64,000 nt of DNA. Source: Eledone cirrhosa. Its lineage: Eukaryota. How positions within the stretch are numbered: the first letter of the stretch is position 1; each line of letters begins with the position of its first letter. Shown here one piece after another: positions 61,401 through 64,000 of the stretch. The stretch is taken from positions 44,268,001 to 44,332,000 of the forward strand of contig OZ024755.1 of assembly GCA_964016885.1 (NCBI GenBank), read 5' to 3'. The notes under the pieces are model-generated. The model worked only from the letters and a program-made list of their open reading frames with translations. It made no database searches and had not been told where the DNA came from. The translations under genes and the position numbers were made by a program.

Positions 61401-64000
61401 AGTTGACAGTACCAACATATACTGTGTACCACAGTTGAGAGTACCAACATATACTGTGTACCTCAGTTGACAGTACTAACATATACTGTGTACCATAGTT
61501 GACAGTACCAACGTATATTGTGTACCACAGTTGACAGTACCAACATACACCGTGTACGACAGTTGACAGTACCAACATATACTGTGTACCACAGTTGAGA
61601 GTACCAACATAAACTGTGTACCATAGTTGACAGTACCAACATATACTGTGTACCACAGTTGACAGTACCAACATATACTGTGTACCACAGTTGACAGTAC
61701 CAACATATACTGTATACCACAGTTGACAGTACCAACATATACTGTGTACCACTGTTGACAGTACCAACATATACTGTGTACCACAGTTGACAGTACCAAC
61801 ATATACTGTGTACCACAGTTGACAGTACTAACATATACTGTGTACTACAGTTGACAGTACCATCATATACTGTGTACCACAGTTGACAGTACCAACATGT
61901 ACTGTGTACCACAGTTGACAGTACCAACATATACTGTGTACCACAGTTGGCAGTACCAACATATAATGTGGCATCAGTTGTCAGTACCAACATATACTGT
62001 GTACCACAGTTGACAGTACCAACGTATACTGTGTACCACAGTTGACAGTACCAACGTATACTGTGTACCACCGCTGACAGTACCAATATGTACTGTGTAA
62101 CAAAGTTGACAATACCAACATATAATGTGTACCACAGTTGACAGTACCAACGTATACTGTGTACCACTGTTGACAATACCAACATATACTGTGTACCACA
62201 GTTGACAGTACCAGCATATACAGTGTACCACAGTTGACAGTACCAACATATACTGTGTACCACAGTTCACAGTACCAACGTATACTGTGTACCACATTAG
62301 AAAGTACCAAGATATACTGTGTACCACAGTTGACAGTACCAACATATACTGTGTACCACTGTTGACAGTACCAACATATACCGTGTACCACAGTTGACAG
62401 TACCAACATATACTGTGTACCACTGTTGACAGTACCAACATATACTGTGTGCCACAGTTCACAGTACCAACATGTACCTTGTACCACAGTTGACAGTACC
62501 AACATATACTGTGTACCACAGTTGACAATACCAACATATACTGTGTACCACAGTTGAAAGTACCAACTTATACATAGTACCACAGTTGACAGTACCAACA
62601 TATACTGTGTACCACAGTTGACAGTACCAACGTATACTGTGTACCACAGTTGACAATACCAACATGTACTGTGTACCACAGTTGACAGTACCAACATATA
62701 CTGTATACCACAGTTGACAGAACCAACATACACTGTGTACCACAGTTGGCAGTACCAACATATACTGTATACCACAGTTGACAGTACCAACATATACTGT
62801 GTACCACAGCTGACACTACCAACATATACTTGTACCTCAGTTGACAGTACTACCATATATTGTGTACCACCGTTGACAATACCAACGTATACTGTGTACC
62901 ACAGTTGACAGTACCAACACATATAGTGTACCACAGTTGACAGTACCAACGTATACTGTGTACCACAGTTGCCAATGCCAACATATACTGTGTACCACAG
63001 TTGAGAGTACCAACATATACTGTGTACCACAGTTGACAGTACCAACATATACTGTGTACCACAGTTGACAGTACCAATGTATACTGTGTACCACTGTTGA
63101 CAGTACCAAAATATACTGTGTACCACAGTTGACAGTACCAACGTATACTGTGTACCTCTGGTGACAGTACCAACATATAACGTGTACCACAGTTGGCAGT
63201 ACCATCATATACTGTGTACCACAGTTGACAGTACCAACATATACTGTGTACCACAGTTGACAGTACCAACATATACTGTGTACCATAGCTGACATTACCA
63301 ACGTATATTGTGTACCACAGTTGACAGTACCAACATACACCGTGTACGACAGTTGACAGTACCAACATATACTGTGTACCACATTTGAGAGTACCAACAT
63401 AAACTGTGTACCACAGTTGACAGTACCAACATATACTGTGTACCACAGTTGACAGTACCAACATATACTGTATACCACAGTTGACAGTACCAACACATAC
63501 TGTGTACCACAGTTGACAGTACCAACATATACTGTGTACCACAGTTGACAGTACCAACATATACTGTGTACCAGAGTTGACAGTACCAACATATACTGTG
63601 TACCACAGTTGACAGTACTAACATATACTCTGTACTACAGTTGACAGTACCAACATATACTGTGTACCACAGTTGACAGTACCAACATGTACTGTGTACC
63701 ACAGTTGACAGTACCAACATATACTGTGTACCACAGTTGGCAGTACCAACATATACTGTGTACCTCAGTTGACAGTACGAACATATACTGTGTACCACAG
63801 TTGACAGTACCAACGTATATTGTGTACCACAGTTGACAGTACCAACGTATACTGTGTACCACAGTTTACCGTACCAACATATACTGTGTAACACAGTTGA
63901 CAATACCAACATTATACTGTGTACCACAGTTGACAGTACCAACGTATAATGTGTACCACTGTTGACTGTACCAAGGGTATACTGTGTACCACACTTGACA

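Larger units (their letters stand above)
1..64000 (+). repeat. 32-bp tandem satellite array (consensus GTACCACAGTTGACAGTACCAACATATACTGT), about 2001 monomers in a single orientation, continuing past both window edges
   Basis: Seen directly: the monomer repeats without interruption, and most copies differ from consensus by only a few substitutions. Register check: 2001x32+15=64047 nt, minus 47 net 1-bp indels, equals 64000. The consensus has two GTAC sites and one GTTGAC site. Confidence 0.99.

Noticed and set aside
7395-62908. Four short plus-strand ORFs (7395, 42438, 50622, 62714)
   Set aside because: They start at TTG and exist only where a point variant removes the monomer's TGA. They are chance products.
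69-63942. Hundreds of minus-strand ORFs (60-846 aa) as protein-coding genes
   Set aside because: They overlap in all three frames, encode the same 32-aa repeat and have no unique domains. They follow directly from a stop-free 32-bp monomer.
1-64000. CRISPR array (32-bp, partly palindromic repeat)
   Set aside because: The repeats abut directly with no unique spacers, and there is no leader or cas gene.
1-64000. Integron attC or other recombination-site array (AAC and GTT motifs, dyads)
   Set aside because: The motifs do not fit RYYYAAC/GTTRRRY, the unit is too short, and there are no cassettes or integrase.
1-64000. Telomerase-synthesised telomeric repeat
   Set aside because: Variants are inherited in kb-scale duplicated blocks rather than templated uniformly, and the unit matches no telomere repeat I recognise. 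A recombination-maintained subtelomeric location is not excluded.
1-64000. Sequencing artefact (rolling-circle or concatemer read) or synthetic DNA
   Set aside because: Variants are linked, recur in long ordered haplotypes and are mostly substitutions, with very few indels. Random read error would not produce this pattern. Individual duplications could still be assembly errors.
1-64000. Antigenic-variation cassette store or diversity-generating template array
   Set aside because: No expression locus, recombinase, reverse transcriptase or conserved flanks are present. The variation is explained by ordinary satellite turnover.

Overview
The whole 64,000-bp window is one uninterrupted, head-to-tail tandem satellite array. 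The 32-bp consensus monomer is GTACCACAGTTGACAGTACCAACATATACTGT (about 41% GC). Counting register by hand gives 2001 monomers plus 15 nt, with 51 one-base deletions and 4 one-base insertions. I found no genes, RNA genes, transposon insertions, inversions or CRISPR spacers. The many minus-strand ORFs are artefacts: the reverse-complement monomer has no stop triplet, so every frame reads the same 32-aa unit per 3 monomers. The real information is in the variant pattern. There is a recurrent 31-bp landmark cassette (47 copies) with ordered sub-alleles, and nested in-register duplications from 96 bp to about 31 kb. The variant repertoire switches near 49.7 kb, one position shows a CG/CA/TG/TA series consistent with CpG decay, and the monomer contains overlapping inverted repeats. 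This looks like eukaryotic heterochromatic satellite DNA with irregular higher-order structure. I cannot identify the organism or family, and I see no direct evidence for a new protein-coding system.
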